From a virus (Duplodnaviria > Caudoviricetes), in the IMG/VR virus record IMGVR_UViG_3300028025_003146, positions 1 through 64,000 of that record: 64,000 nucleotides of DNA; one strand, 5' to 3'. The notes under the pieces were generated by a model, which worked only from the letters and a program-made list of their open reading frames with translations, was not told the origin of the DNA and made no database searches. The position numbers and the translations under genes were made by a program. Every line of letters begins with the position of its first letter. The first letter of the stretch is position 1. Below, one piece after another: positions 29,076-39,345 of the stretch.

Positions 29076-29798
29076 TTAAGCTAGAACTCGGTCAATAATC
29101 TTACCGTATTCTGAGCCGCTATAGTTAGCGTCTGGAAGAAGACGGAATGTTACTGGGAAAGTTGTTGCTGCGTTACGTGCAAGTGAGAATTGTGACTGTT
29201 GTACTGACAAAACACGACGTGCATAATATACACGCTCTGTTGTTGCGTCTGCTTCTCCTGTTGCTGTAGTTGCTACTGTTGGTGCTTGACCAATTGCAAA
29301 TAGTTGACGTTCTGTTGGGGCAATACCAAGTGATCCTGCCTCAAGTCCCAATGTAAGGGTCTTGTCGTCTGCTCCAGTTGCACCCTTTGTTGGGTAATCA
29401 TCTGTTGCAGCACCTGCTGCTCCTTGCTTGGTTAGTGTTGCTCCTCCTTGACCGAATACTACTAGAACGTTTTCTAGTGTACCTTCGGACATTTCAGTTG
29501 CAATCATAACCTCCATAGCAGACTTGAAAAGCTTTGCTGTATCTAGAAGCTGATCTACTGTTACTGAATCGTAAGTTGGATTGTAAGTGATCTGAAGACC
29601 ATTGTTTGTAAATCCTACGTTACGAACATCTGCAGATGCGTCTAGGGCTGCTGCTGCTCTTGTTCTTGCTGCAAAAGTAATTCCACCAGTTGCTCTGTCT
29701 AAAAGGTTTTCCTTATATCCAGTTACTGTTGAATCGCTTGTTGAAATGTAGAGCGGTGAAGCTCCTACAAGAATATTTTTGGCTGAGTTAAATGCCAT
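29076..29798 (-). CDS. Major tail (tube) protein
   Basis: NILVGA, VGFTNNGLQITYNP, VDQLLD, FPVTFRLLP; strong SD and own terminator. Confidence 0.88.
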   Translation of the reverse strand: MAFNSAKNILVGASPLYISTSDSTVTGYKENLLDRATGGITFAARTRAAAALDASADVRNVGFTNNGLQITYNPTYDSVTVDQLLDTAKLFKSAMEVMIATEMSEGTLENVLVVFGQGGATLTKQGAAGAATDDYPTKGATGADDKTLTLGLEAGSLGIAPTERQLFAIGQAPTVATTATGEADATTERVYYARRVLSVQQSQFSLARNAATTFPVTFRLLPDANYSGSEYGKIIDRVLA

Positions 29799-29883
29799 TA
29801 TTTCGTACCTCCTGTTTTCAAAATATATATATATAATTGTAAATCATTAAATCTTGGCTGGCTAGGCCTTTCCTCTATGTACA

Positions 29884-29912
29884 ATAATAGAGTATAATTC
29901 GCCCAAAGGCAA
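29884..29912 (-). promoter_or_regulatory. Putative promoter of major tail gene
   Basis: TTGCCT-17 nt-TATTAT; same -35 hexamer as the protease promoter. Confidence 0.5.
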
Positions 29913-29913
29913 A

Positions 29914-30423
29914 TTACAGGAATCGGCCAGCTGTGTCTATATGCCTTGCGTATTTGACCTCAAGGATCACATCTGCGGACAGGAACCCTGCCAACTCCTC
30001 TGATGGGGCAGTTGGAGAAATGTCGGCCACGAATATGCTAAAGAATTTAAACTTTTTAGATATGCCAGAGTAGGCATTTGCATCCCTAGCAGACTCATCC
30101 ATTCTTCTAAATAGGTCGGTCATCAAGTTTCTGATCTCATTGATTTCTGAAACATCTGTTGAGTATATAGTAAATAGAATTTGCTCACAGCATATAGCCC
30201 AGTTTTCTTCATAGGATAAACCTATCTTGTCATAGACTATGTGCTTCTTTCCGCTCAAGAATTGATTTAATTCTGGAGATTGCTGTACAGGAATAATTGG
30301 GATAATCTCTTCCCCTATATTATCTGAATAGTAATCAGTTTGTTCAAAAATGTTATTTGATTTCAACTGGCTCCATAGGAACTTTCTTAAATCAATCATT
30401 ACGTCTGCTTTATAATCTGTCAT
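29914..30423 (-). CDS. Tail terminator / completion protein
   Basis: Position directly before major tail gene; size. Confidence 0.65.
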   Translation of the reverse strand: MTDYKADVMIDLRKFLWSQLKSNNIFEQTDYYSDNIGEEIIPIIPVQQSPELNQFLSGKKHIVYDKIGLSYEENWAICCEQILFTIYSTDVSEINEIRNLMTDLFRRMDESARDANAYSGISKKFKFFSIFVADISPTAPSEELAGFLSADVILEVKYARHIDTAGRFL

Positions 30424-31202
30424 GATGCCCCTCCAAATGCTAATTCTAATGCTGAGTCCGCCTGCATTTTTAATGTATTAGGACTAAATGAATATTTAAC
30501 CTTTCTTACATCGCCTGGAACCCTCATTGCTTTAGTTAATGATGAGTTAAATATTTGCTGAAATCCAGATTTTTTAATTGATGAATTTACTAAATTGCCT
30601 GTGAAGAATTGTGCATAGGCTATTCGGAATCTTCCCGTTGCCTTGCCTCCTCCTGGCCTTGTAACGGTCACAGAGGCGCCTTTAGGCATGTACACTACGC
30701 CAGTACTAGTTTCAAATACTAAGCGCTCTGCGAACCTAGGGCGGATTACTAGAGGCATTCCAGCTTCCATCACAGAAGCTTTGCTAATAAATACGTGTTT
30801 TCTACTTCCAAATTCATTAGGCACTGCTGATTTAGATGGCAAGAAGCTAGAAGAAATTTTAAATGAAAGGCCATCTGTTGATAAGACACTTAACTTAAAT
30901 AGCCTAGATCCCTTATTTCCAACCTTGTTCCATTCATATACATGGTGTAATGATTTAGGATTTATTCTTGACTGAGAGTCTACATATAGTCCAAAATCTT
31001 GATCTATTTGTTTAAATATAACAGACTGGAATTTCTTTTCAAATGCCTTGCTTGTTGTTAGTTTAGACACAACTTGAGCATGATAATATACTGCAGCAGA
31101 TATTTGTGCCACTGTGCTGTCTTTTAAAATAGTCCCGCTAGTGCCAGACATACCCTTTTGTAGACCGCTGGCTGCCGTAACTAATAGTGTACTATTGTCC
31201 AA
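30420..31202 (-). CDS. Neck / tail completion protein
   Basis: Basic protein in head-tail joining block. Confidence 0.55.
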   Translation of the reverse strand: MDNSTLLVTAASGLQKGMSGTSGTILKDSTVAQISAAVYYHAQVVSKLTTSKAFEKKFQSVIFKQIDQDFGLYVDSQSRINPKSLHHVYEWNKVGNKGSRLFKLSVLSTDGLSFKISSSFLPSKSAVPNEFGSRKHVFISKASVMEAGMPLVIRPRFAERLVFETSTGVVYMPKGASVTVTRPGGGKATGRFRIAYAQFFTGNLVNSSIKKSGFQQIFNSSLTKAMRVPGDVRKVKYSFSPNTLKMQADSALELAFGGAS

Positions 31203-31620
31203 TTGTCTGGTTTTCCGATCTCTTGACAGTAGAGTTATATCCCACTATTCCGCCAAACGGATCTGTCATTGGAGTTATTCCTACTACCTCAAAAACCGTA
31301 GGGGTGTTAGTTGGAAAATTTAATTCTTCCCATATAACATTATTCTCATAGTCTCTAATGTTTGTAATCTTTTCTCTTAATGTTACTTGTTCTGATGTTC
31401 TAATTTGCAGCATCTCTTCATTTCTATATTTATTAGAAAATACTTGTCCGTCTTTAGTAATAGTTGAAGCGGAATTGCTTATATTGCCTTTTGCGCTACA
31501 CGATACGGTTCTGTCATACTGCCATTCTTTTTTTATTGAGCCTGTGTCTGGATCCTGCGAATCAACTGGCTTATAGACATCCATAAACATAGTAAGTATA
31601 GATTCAACAAGATCATACAT
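31192..31620 (-). CDS. Head closure (stopper) protein
   Basis: QDPDTGSIKKEW, FEVVGITP..DPFG; position. Confidence 0.7.
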   Translation of the reverse strand: MYDLVESILTMFMDVYKPVDSQDPDTGSIKKEWQYDRTVSCSAKGNISNSASTITKDGQVFSNKYRNEEMLQIRTSEQVTLREKITNIRDYENNVIWEELNFPTNTPTVFEVVGITPMTDPFGGIVGYNSTVKRSENQTIGQ

Positions 31621-32600
31621 TATATAACAACCATCTTATTTATAACATATGTCGATAGCAACTGATCTGCATATACATTACCTGTACCTGAATAGGTACC
31701 AGAATTGTACTCAAATTGCCAATCGAATGTCTTTATAGACTTCATGTATTTATTACGCCAGACCTTATCCTTTGAGAAATAGTCTCTCATCAATTCAATA
31801 CATGCAAGATCAACTTCATCTGGAACTTCTTCCCATCCAAACCTACCTTGCACCCGATATGTAGACCCGCTTGAAAATGAGCCTCCCCAGGTATCATTAA
31901 TAGTTGGAGGGACCATGCCGTTTGCTATGTACACAGTGTTGTCAAGCATATTTGCTCTGTTAACCCTGATTCCAAATCCGCTCTCTGAAATTATTGTGTC
32001 ATAATTCCAATTGTTTATATTATTAAGTTTATCTACAAGAAGTACATCGTTTTGATATAGCTCGTGTATCTCAGCGATTTTATAAGGCAAAGGCAATACA
32101 TCTGAGTCGGCACCGTATACTGTTTGAACATCGTCATACAAATAAAATTGCTGTCCCGTATATGCCTCAATTACTTTTCTTGCATATCTTTCAGCGTTGC
32201 ATAGCTCAAAATAAGACTTAGTATTAGGATCTGAATAATCTGACCCTAATCCCAAAGCGTCAACTGCTTGACTTAAATCTGTGTATGGAGTTTGAACATA
32301 AACTTTATGCTCTATACTTGCTGCCTGCATATTTACTGCATAGGTCCAAACAAATCTAAGCTGCCTCTGTCTTTTTGTAAATTCGTATGGAAGATAAACA
32401 GAATAAGTTCCTGCGTCTACCTCTGACTTTACTGCTGTCAGGGTTGTTTGAATTATCCCTGGATTAATTGCTGGAGTTACTGATGGGTCTTCTGTAATAT
32501 CATATACCTTAACACCTACTGTGCCGTCTGCATCGGTTAACTGTCCCTGCCAAAATACTTTATGTGTTATTGGTGAATTTGAACCTACTAGAATTTCCAT
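31620..32600 (-). CDS. Head-to-tail adaptor
   Basis: IEAYTGQQF, GWEEVPDEVDLAC, TGNVYADQLLSTY. Confidence 0.75.
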   Translation of the reverse strand: MEILVGSNSPITHKVFWQGQLTDADGTVGVKVYDITEDPSVTPAINPGIIQTTLTAVKSEVDAGTYSVYLPYEFTKRQRQLRFVWTYAVNMQAASIEHKVYVQTPYTDLSQAVDALGLGSDYSDPNTKSYFELCNAERYARKVIEAYTGQQFYLYDDVQTVYGADSDVLPLPYKIAEIHELYQNDVLLVDKLNNINNWNYDTIISESGFGIRVNRANMLDNTVYIANGMVPPTINDTWGGSFSSGSTYRVQGRFGWEEVPDEVDLACIELMRDYFSKDKVWRNKYMKSIKTFDWQFEYNSGTYSGTGNVYADQLLSTYVINKMVVI

Positions 32601-32610
32601 TTAATAAAGG

Positions 32611-33018
32611 TTAAGCGTAGTACTCCTGAACTTCCTTTGGAGTTGCTAAGCGGAAACCCTCCTCCTTGTCAAAAATTTCTTGAGCATCTTCTTCTGTCAT
32701 TGCAACAAATGGGTGCTCTTTTGTGAATGTGAATCCTTGTATATCATACCTGAAATTTTCTCTAGTCATTCTAACTAGAACCGTATCTTCTGGCTGAGCA
32801 TCTGGATTAAATCTAGGCAGAATCTCTTCTGCGTTTTCGCTGAATTCGTCTGTGGCGTCTTCAATATCTTTAATTGTTTTTTGATAAACAGACCATGTGA
32901 CTCCCTCTTCTGCAAGGGCGGCAACAATATCTGCCTTACTCTTAATTCCATCAGTATCAACTGCAAAGTCCTCTGCAACTTTTCTGAGTTCTGCTACTTT
33001 CAATGTCTCAAATGACAT
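32611..33018 (-). CDS. Capsid-associated protein with N-terminal HeH/Rho-N-like domain
   Basis: LKVAELRKVAEDF...KADIVAAL; follows capsid gene. Confidence 0.6.
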   Translation of the reverse strand: MSFETLKVAELRKVAEDFAVDTDGIKSKADIVAALAEEGVTWSVYQKTIKDIEDATDEFSENAEEILPRFNPDAQPEDTVLVRMTRENFRYDIQGFTFTKEHPFVAMTEEDAQEIFDKEEGFRLATPKEVQEYYA

Positions 33019-33067
33019 ATATTCTCCTTTGTTAGGTCCTTTAATTATAGCATTGATAAATTAAAAT

Positions 33068-33098
33068 GAAAAGCCCCTAAAATTAATTAGGGGCCTTT
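33068..33098 (-). terminator. Intrinsic terminator after major capsid gene
   Basis: GCCCCTAA-TTAATT-TTAGGGGC-TTTT. Confidence 0.85.
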
Positions 33099-33120
33099 CG
33101 GGGGTTTTATCTTAAATTAA

Positions 33121-34170
33121 TTAAGAAGCAACCTTAACGTTCTTTACAACTACCCAAGCGTCTGCCTGCTCGATCTGAACGCCAACACGAGTATACATTG
33201 TGTACTCAATTGTGTCCTTACGTGGCTGGAAGAAGCGGTAGACAGTTACATCACGCTTGATACCAATAACTACGTTATTTGGGAATGTCAAGTGGATATC
33301 TCCGTGTGAGCCTGATGCTCCTGATTGTGTTCCAGTTTGTGTCTCTGAAAGAAGTGGAACTTCAACAATCGGAATACCGAATGCGAATGGTGCCACATAT
33401 CCTGCAGGTCCACCTAGTGGTGCAACTCCACCACGGATAACGCTTGAAGCGATATCTTGTGGAATTGTTTGGTTTGTTCCAATGCTGTTAGCATATAGGA
33501 AATCTTGAATCAAGTTTGATCCAGCAAGGAAGCGAAGGTCTCCACGACGTTGCTTGTACTTACGTGGCATAGCCTTAAGTGCCTTGTTGAATACTTCACG
33601 AGATACGTTAGCACCAGCTGCGTCTACGACACGACCTGATGCCTTTGCCTTCTTCACAACGCCATCAAATGACTTGTAAAGAGCATCTCCTGTAAGAGCT
33701 GTATCACCGTTAAGAAGAACATCTTCGATGTCGTTTCCTGCTTGTGTTGCCATCAAACGTGCAATGTGATCTTCTAGATCTGCACCTTCGATGTTATCTT
33801 CTAGAGATTCTGTTGAAAGCTCCCAGTCCATGCGGAGTTTCTTTGTTGTTAAAGAGATTTTTGAGAAAGTTACACCACTGTTTGTTGCGGTGTTGTCTGC
33901 CTCGGTTGCAAGCTTCATAAGCTTCTCACCAACGGACATACGGTCAATCTCGGCTGTGTCTGACTTCATACGAACTGTACGTGCGACCTTACCGATAACG
34001 GTTGCGTCGAACATATAATCAAGGAAGCGAGCAGACTGTTCTGGGTTAAGAAGTCCACCGTTGCCATTTTCTGAAGCTACGTGTACTCCTGTTCCACCAG
34101 TTGCGGAACCGAATCCTGTTGATACCTGAGTACCAGCGTTTACGGCCTTTTCTAATGTTTCATTGCTCAT
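33121..34170 (-). CDS. Major capsid protein (HK97 fold)
   Basis: GGLLNPEQSARF, LEDNIEG, NDIEDVLLNGD; follows protease/scaffold. Confidence 0.93.
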   Translation of the reverse strand: MSNETLEKAVNAGTQVSTGFGSATGGTGVHVASENGNGGLLNPEQSARFLDYMFDATVIGKVARTVRMKSDTAEIDRMSVGEKLMKLATEADNTATNSGVTFSKISLTTKKLRMDWELSTESLEDNIEGADLEDHIARLMATQAGNDIEDVLLNGDTALTGDALYKSFDGVVKKAKASGRVVDAAGANVSREVFNKALKAMPRKYKQRRGDLRFLAGSNLIQDFLYANSIGTNQTIPQDIASSVIRGGVAPLGGPAGYVAPFAFGIPIVEVPLLSETQTGTQSGASGSHGDIHLTFPNNVVIGIKRDVTVYRFFQPRKDTIEYTMYTRVGVQIEQADAWVVVKNVKVAS

Positions 34171-34185
34171 TATTTTATACCTACC

Positions 34186-34746
34186 TTAGTTGAATATTTC
34201 GTTTACGGAACCGAGGAAAGAACCGTTCCATTTAGATTTTTTGATTGTTACTTCTTCTGATCGGCCAAGATCGGAAGACTTCTTAATTGCAGTCTCTGAT
34301 TCTACTGCGTCGACACGCTTTTGTACACCATCAATCGTGTTCTTGATATCATTTACAGCACTTGAAAGTACTGTGTGTTGTTCTGCCAACTCTGAAATTC
34401 TAGAATCTACGCTCTTGCTAAAAGCTTCAACAGTCTCTTGGATTGCTGTAACTTGTACTGCATTTGCTTCAGATGCCTTATTTAGAGTTTCTGAGAAAAA
34501 GCCTTTTAGATCGCCTAACATCTTCGCAAAATCAGGTTCATCAACCTTATCTTCTGATACTTCGGCTGCTTTTTCCAGAGTCTCGGCAGGAACGTCTTCT
34601 GCTACTGCTTCTGCAGGAGCTTCAGCTGGAGCTGCATCATCTGCAACTACTGCTGTATCTTCAACGGCTGTTTCTTCTGCTACTGCTTCGGCTGGTGCCT
34701 CTACTGCAACATCTTCAACAACTACGTTTTCTGTATTATCTGACAT
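34186..34746 (-). CDS. Probable internally initiated scaffolding protein
   Basis: In-frame ATG (MSDNTENV) preceded by AAGGAGGT at 6-nt spacing. Confidence 0.65.
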   Translation of the reverse strand: MSDNTENVVVEDVAVEAPAEAVAEETAVEDTAVVADDAAPAEAPAEAVAEDVPAETLEKAAEVSEDKVDEPDFAKMLGDLKGFFSETLNKASEANAVQVTAIQETVEAFSKSVDSRISELAEQHTVLSSAVNDIKNTIDGVQKRVDAVESETAIKKSSDLGRSEEVTIKKSKWNGSFLGSVNEIFN

Positions 34747-35535
34747 TTCATTACCTCCTTCTGCGTTTGCCTGTTTTGCAATTGTTTGTGTTTCAGGCAA
34801 CGTAAATCTTGAGTGCTTATATGCATCAAGAATCTTATCAATCTCTTTTGCTTTATTAACATCTGAGCTCTCAACCCAACCAATTAGTTGTGCTGGCTTA
34901 CCAGAAACTGGTGAGTCATATGTCTTCTCTGTTGAGATAAAAACAGAGTTACTGTCTTCACAGTAAAAAATATTTTCGGTTACAACATCTACTGCTATAC
35001 CCTTTGCGATGTATTGTCCATTTACTTTCTGAATAGAAAGAATGTTACATAGCTCATTTGCTGGTGAGTCTACAATTGATAGCTCCATCAATTCGTAGTC
35101 TTTAATAAATCTTACAGATTTTCCTGTAGCTTTATTAACTTCGTTATCTGACTCTTTAATCTTTCCGCCGATTGAGAATCCTGAAAGAGTTCCGTCTAGA
35201 ACTTTTTCCCAACTGTCTTGTGCGCCTTTTGAAATGTATGCTGTTACATAAACTCCGTTATAAAATTCTTTAGTTGCTGGGTCGTAAAAAGTTTCTGGCT
35301 TAAAAGAAACCATCTTTCCAACTGCAAGGGATCCGTGCATCTCACGAATGTTTCCTCGAAAGCCTTCAAATGCTTTTATGCTTGCTTCTGCAGTTACAAC
35401 ATCTCCAGTCTGATCTACGTTATCTAGCGTTGCAAAGCCAGACACTGTTCTCTTTTCACGGTTAACTTTAGTGAAAGGTACAGACAAGTTAATGTCATTG
35501 CCATGGCTAGTCCATAAAGACTTTTCAATATTCAT
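34186..35535 (-). CDS. Prohead maturation protease fused to scaffold
   Basis: DQTGD, IREMH, GFSIGG, ELSIVDSPAN; acidic coiled-coil C-terminus. Confidence 0.92.
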   Translation of the reverse strand: MNIEKSLWTSHGNDINLSVPFTKVNREKRTVSGFATLDNVDQTGDVVTAEASIKAFEGFRGNIREMHGSLAVGKMVSFKPETFYDPATKEFYNGVYVTAYISKGAQDSWEKVLDGTLSGFSIGGKIKESDNEVNKATGKSVRFIKDYELMELSIVDSPANELCNILSIQKVNGQYIAKGIAVDVVTENIFYCEDSNSVFISTEKTYDSPVSGKPAQLIGWVESSDVNKAKEIDKILDAYKHSRFTLPETQTIAKQANAEGGNEMSDNTENVVVEDVAVEAPAEAVAEETAVEDTAVVADDAAPAEAPAEAVAEDVPAETLEKAAEVSEDKVDEPDFAKMLGDLKGFFSETLNKASEANAVQVTAIQETVEAFSKSVDSRISELAEQHTVLSSAVNDIKNTIDGVQKRVDAVESETAIKKSSDLGRSEEVTIKKSKWNGSFLGSVNEIFN

Positions 35536-35542
35536 ATGCTTA

Positions 35543-35571
35543 ATTTTAGCGACTTATAGATAAAAAGGCAA
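35543..35571 (-). promoter_or_regulatory. Putative leaderless promoter of the protease gene
   Basis: TTGCCT-17 nt-TAAAAT, 7 nt before ATG, no SD. Confidence 0.6.
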
Positions 35572-35588
35572 ATAACAGTTGAGTAGAG

Positions 35589-37172
35589 TTAGTCAACCTG
35601 TCTTCCGTCGCCCTTGGCATTTCGTCCTTCTCCAGAATTATCTGGGGCGGTTGCCTGTCGGTCTTGGGATCTTTGTCTAGTATTTCCAGCTTGGGCTGTT
35701 TGCTCTGCGGCATCCTGACCCTTCAAATCTACCACTTCGTCTCCGCCTTCAAGAGGAATCATGCCCTTTCTAATTCGAACTTCATTAGGGGTAATTACTT
35801 GCATTCTTAAATATCTTTCGTCAATCTTGGACTGGGTATCTTCGTCAGTAAGAGTTAACTCATTAAATTTAAGTGTTAGCGCATCTGTCTTTTCCTCAAA
35901 TATTTTATTTAATTTTTTCTCTAAAATCATTTGTGCTGGGCGGCAAACCTGCTCTTTAAATGTTTTATCCGCATCTCTTGCTACTGCTAAATTAACTCCC
36001 TCTGGGGTTCCAATTTTATTAATTGGGACACGATGGGCCAATAGGATTTCATCTCTATTTGATTTGCGGTAAACATTAAATGAAGATTCCTGTGGGTTGG
36101 CCTCAACTGGTTCCATTTTAAATTCGGTTTTTGAGTCTGGAGTATCTCCTGGAAGCGGAATATATAGAGATCTGTGGTTCTTGCCTTTAAGTCCAACTTG
36201 GAAAAATTCAAGCAATTTACGCTCTGACTCTGGAGAAAGCTTTGCTCCCTTTACTGTAATGATATATCTTGGGACCGCTTTGTTTTCAAAGTAATCAAGG
36301 TTATATCTTCCAGACAGTTCGTTACCCGCCAAAGAAACCTGGGCTGCAATAATATCTGCAACTCCGTAGTAGTTGTTCATTGGGGTATACTTCTTTAAAT
36401 GAATAATTTCATTTGGGCGATCTTCTTGTCCCGCAATTGGGTTCTCTGTTTCTGAGTCTCCAAAGTTGTTAAAGAATACTGCCTTTCCGTAAAGCAATTG
36501 AATAAAGCCATCTCTAAGTCTACGCACACGCATAGTCTTTGCTGGGATATGCCCGATATATCCAATATTTCCAGCAGTGGTTCTACCTATTTCAATGTAG
36601 CCATTTCCAGTTGCTTCGTAGTCTGTAAACACCTTAATTAATGTTTGAGTAAATGTATCCTCATCATTTGTTGTATCAAGCCACGCATGAAGATCCTGTC
36701 TTAATTTGCTTAGCTTTCTACGTGCTCTTTCAAGAGACTTTTCATCTGTAAGTGAATCAATAGCATCATTTGTTTTCTTTGTTTCTATAAAATCATATCC
36801 TAGACCAACAATGTTTGCCACCTTGGCATTAATTGCTGCATAGTTGTATGTTGAAATCTCATATACTTTTGAAAGATACTCTAGGTTGTATGGAGGTTCT
36901 ACCAAGTCGAACATTGCATAGCCAGTAATTGCTTGTGCCAATAGGTTTTGCTGTGTTCCAGTTTCTTCTCGGCCAGTGAACGACTTAGAAAATTCTCTAT
37001 TCATCTTACGCTTAAACGAAGTTCCTAGGCCTCTAACCTTTTTAAGATCCTCTAGGCCTGCCAAAAATGGGTCGGTTGTCGTTTCATTTTTTTCTAGCGA
37101 GAACCAGTCTGCGTTATTTGAAATATTAATTATATTTTCTGAGTTGTCTTCATCAAGAAATTCTGCGCTCAT
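35589..37172 (-). CDS. Portal protein (PBSX/HK97 type)
   Basis: TGNGYIEIGR, EIIHLK, YYGV, YFENKAVP, AHRVP, ITPNEVR. Confidence 0.94.
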   Translation of the reverse strand: MSAEFLDEDNSENIINISNNADWFSLEKNETTTDPFLAGLEDLKKVRGLGTSFKRKMNREFSKSFTGREETGTQQNLLAQAITGYAMFDLVEPPYNLEYLSKVYEISTYNYAAINAKVANIVGLGYDFIETKKTNDAIDSLTDEKSLERARRKLSKLRQDLHAWLDTTNDEDTFTQTLIKVFTDYEATGNGYIEIGRTTAGNIGYIGHIPAKTMRVRRLRDGFIQLLYGKAVFFNNFGDSETENPIAGQEDRPNEIIHLKKYTPMNNYYGVADIIAAQVSLAGNELSGRYNLDYFENKAVPRYIITVKGAKLSPESERKLLEFFQVGLKGKNHRSLYIPLPGDTPDSKTEFKMEPVEANPQESSFNVYRKSNRDEILLAHRVPINKIGTPEGVNLAVARDADKTFKEQVCRPAQMILEKKLNKIFEEKTDALTLKFNELTLTDEDTQSKIDERYLRMQVITPNEVRIRKGMIPLEGGDEVVDLKGQDAAEQTAQAGNTRQRSQDRQATAPDNSGEGRNAKGDGRQVD

Positions 37173-37510
37173 CTTAGCCCCTTTAGCTTTTTCATTTCGT
37201 CTTTATAGTTACCGATATCAAATGGATCAGGAACTAGTCCCCAATCGAGTCTTTGTTTTTGGTGCTCAAATTCTTCATCATCAATTTTCCTTCTAGCGGA
37301 AAGAAATTTAGGCCCGCCTTCGTATATGCCGAACGTGCGAACTTCTCTAGCCAAAGCATCGATGTTGGCTCTATTTCCTTTTTTGGACGTGATCGAAAGA
37401 AAGTTCCCATCATCATCTCCAATCCATCTGCCATCTGGCATTTCCCAGACATAGATGCCAAGTATCGACTCTTCTTCAAGAATCTTGCTATTTGTTCTGT
37501 TAATATCCAT
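37169..37510 (-). CDS. Hypothetical protein coupled to portal
   Basis: 113 aa, ATGA overlap with portal start. Confidence 0.75.
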   Translation of the reverse strand: MDINRTNSKILEEESILGIYVWEMPDGRWIGDDDGNFLSITSKKGNRANIDALAREVRTFGIYEGGPKFLSARRKIDDEEFEHQKQRLDWGLVPDPFDIGNYKDEMKKLKGLR

Positions 37511-37572
37511 ATGACTTTATTTTACCATTATTGTCTACTCAAGTCCAGCTTTTTGTCAACCCACGTGACAAA

Positions 37573-39345
37573 TTATTGGTTTTGAAGCACAATCCAGTCG
37601 TTGTCATAAAACTCAACGGAGTTTTCTGTCAATGTCATGGACGAATCATCTGCTATTGTAGCTGATCTTCCGATATGCATGTTGTAATTAGATAATGCCA
37701 TGGGGGCTGAGAAGGTTGCTGGGTAGTAAGAAATGTATTGGTATAGGCTGGAAGGCCCACCTGTTGATTTATGGTTAAATAGAACCTCTCCAGTAATTGC
37801 CCCGTTTGTTACAATTAAAACGTGATAAAGCTCGTTTGCGGTAAATACAGAACTTATATTTGTCTGAGATGTCTTGTCTACACCATTAACATAAATAGCA
37901 GATATATTAGATTTAGTAATAGTTCCATTTGCAGCCCAAGAGTAGCCTGCTGATACAAAATCTCCATTTGCCGTACTTGATAAAATAGAATTTGAGGTTA
38001 GGTCTGACAGTGTTAAAAAGAACTCTATTGTCCTAATTGATTCTGCGGTATTTATTTTAAATCCTGATCCGCCCGCCGTTGTTAATCCGTTTAATTTTTG
38101 TCGGGACAAAATAGGATATGCAACCCTTCCTAGAGTAATGTCTTTTGATGTAAATCCCGCTGTGCCCTCTATCGTGTAAATATAATCAGGGTTGCTTATT
38201 GAATAAAGAATCTGGTCTTTGTAGAAGCACAGTAGCAGGCTATATAGTTTTGGGATAAATTTAGTTGTATCTGATGAGGCAAATGTTATCTCAAGATAAA
38301 GAGTTCTTTCAGAGCTAAATGATCCTAATCTAAATTGAGGAATTGCTCCTCCATTAACACATGCTTGCCATGTTGACCCATCTGTGGAAGTTCTTACAGA
38401 GACCCCATTATCGCCGTTCCACTCTATCTTAGAGGAGTCTAAGTCGAATCCCGCAGGAATTCCTATAGCATCTACGACAACTACGCTCTTAGAGGCTGCA
38501 GAGGCCGTTTTCTTAATTTCTAAACATTTCTCTTCTGTGTTATAAACTAAATCTTCTGAGGCAAAAATTTCTATGGGCTTGTTGGCAGGATAAGCAAAAT
38601 TAAATTGTTTGCTTACGCTATCATCATATATTTCAAACAAGGTCCCGCCGCTTGGGTATGAAACCTGAAAAGGAGATGTTGTTCCAGAGTAGTTGAAGTG
38701 TTCTATAATTTTATCTAATCCTAGGGCATACCTGTATACTGCTGGGGCATCTACAATAAATGAATCTGCTGAATTTCCAGTCGGCCCTAATTTTAATGTA
38801 ATTGTTTCATTACTAAACTTATAATTATTTAAAGACTTGCTTGTTGCAAATTTGCCATCTACATATAAAGACATTTCTGCAATGGAGTACGTGGCTACAA
38901 TATGATGAGATTGACTAATATTAGGCAGGGTATAATCAAGTCTTTCCGCCTCAAGTTTAAATACTATGTTTCCTTTTTCATAAAAAATACCTACATTTTT
39001 TGTTGAGTCTGCAAATATAGTTGTTAGTCCAGATGTTGTGATCTTAGGATACATCCAAACTTCTAGCGAGAACTCGTTATCTGATGAATTGATATCTGCA
39101 AATCCGCCGTCGGCGGCAGATCCATAATAGTCTTTAGTTACGGGTAATGTAATGTACTTGGTATTAGTTATAAGAGAGCCATTTGCTCCGCCTGAAACAA
39201 GTGGGATTAATCCAGTAGTTAGTCCGCCTGAATAAGTTCCGCTATTTCCACACCCAGAGACATCTGAAGCGATAGTACCTGAAGACTCATCCAATGGCCA
39301 GAAACCGATTGGGTAGTCGTTAATTAACTTTAGCTGATAGCTCAT
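37573..39345 (-). CDS. LamG/ConA-like domain virion protein
   Basis: PIGFWPLDE.SG, FSLEVWMYP, HHIVATY...LYVDG, AVYRYAL. Confidence 0.82.
   Translation of the reverse strand: MSYQLKLINDYPIGFWPLDESSGTIASDVSGCGNSGTYSGGLTTGLIPLVSGGANGSLITNTKYITLPVTKDYYGSAADGGFADINSSDNEFSLEVWMYPKITTSGLTTIFADSTKNVGIFYEKGNIVFKLEAERLDYTLPNISQSHHIVATYSIAEMSLYVDGKFATSKSLNNYKFSNETITLKLGPTGNSADSFIVDAPAVYRYALGLDKIIEHFNYSGTTSPFQVSYPSGGTLFEIYDDSVSKQFNFAYPANKPIEIFASEDLVYNTEEKCLEIKKTASAASKSVVVVDAIGIPAGFDLDSSKIEWNGDNGVSVRTSTDGSTWQACVNGGAIPQFRLGSFSSERTLYLEITFASSDTTKFIPKLYSLLLCFYKDQILYSISNPDYIYTIEGTAGFTSKDITLGRVAYPILSRQKLNGLTTAGGSGFKINTAESIRTIEFFLTLSDLTSNSILSSTANGDFVSAGYSWAANGTITKSNISAIYVNGVDKTSQTNISSVFTANELYHVLIVTNGAITGEVLFNHKSTGGPSSLYQYISYYPATFSAPMALSNYNMHIGRSATIADDSSMTLTENSVEFYDNDWIVLQNQ

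Noticed and set aside
34190-34966. 258-aa plus-strand ORF and the many other plus-strand ORFs
   Set aside because: Antisense to well-supported minus-strand genes; no recognisable motifs
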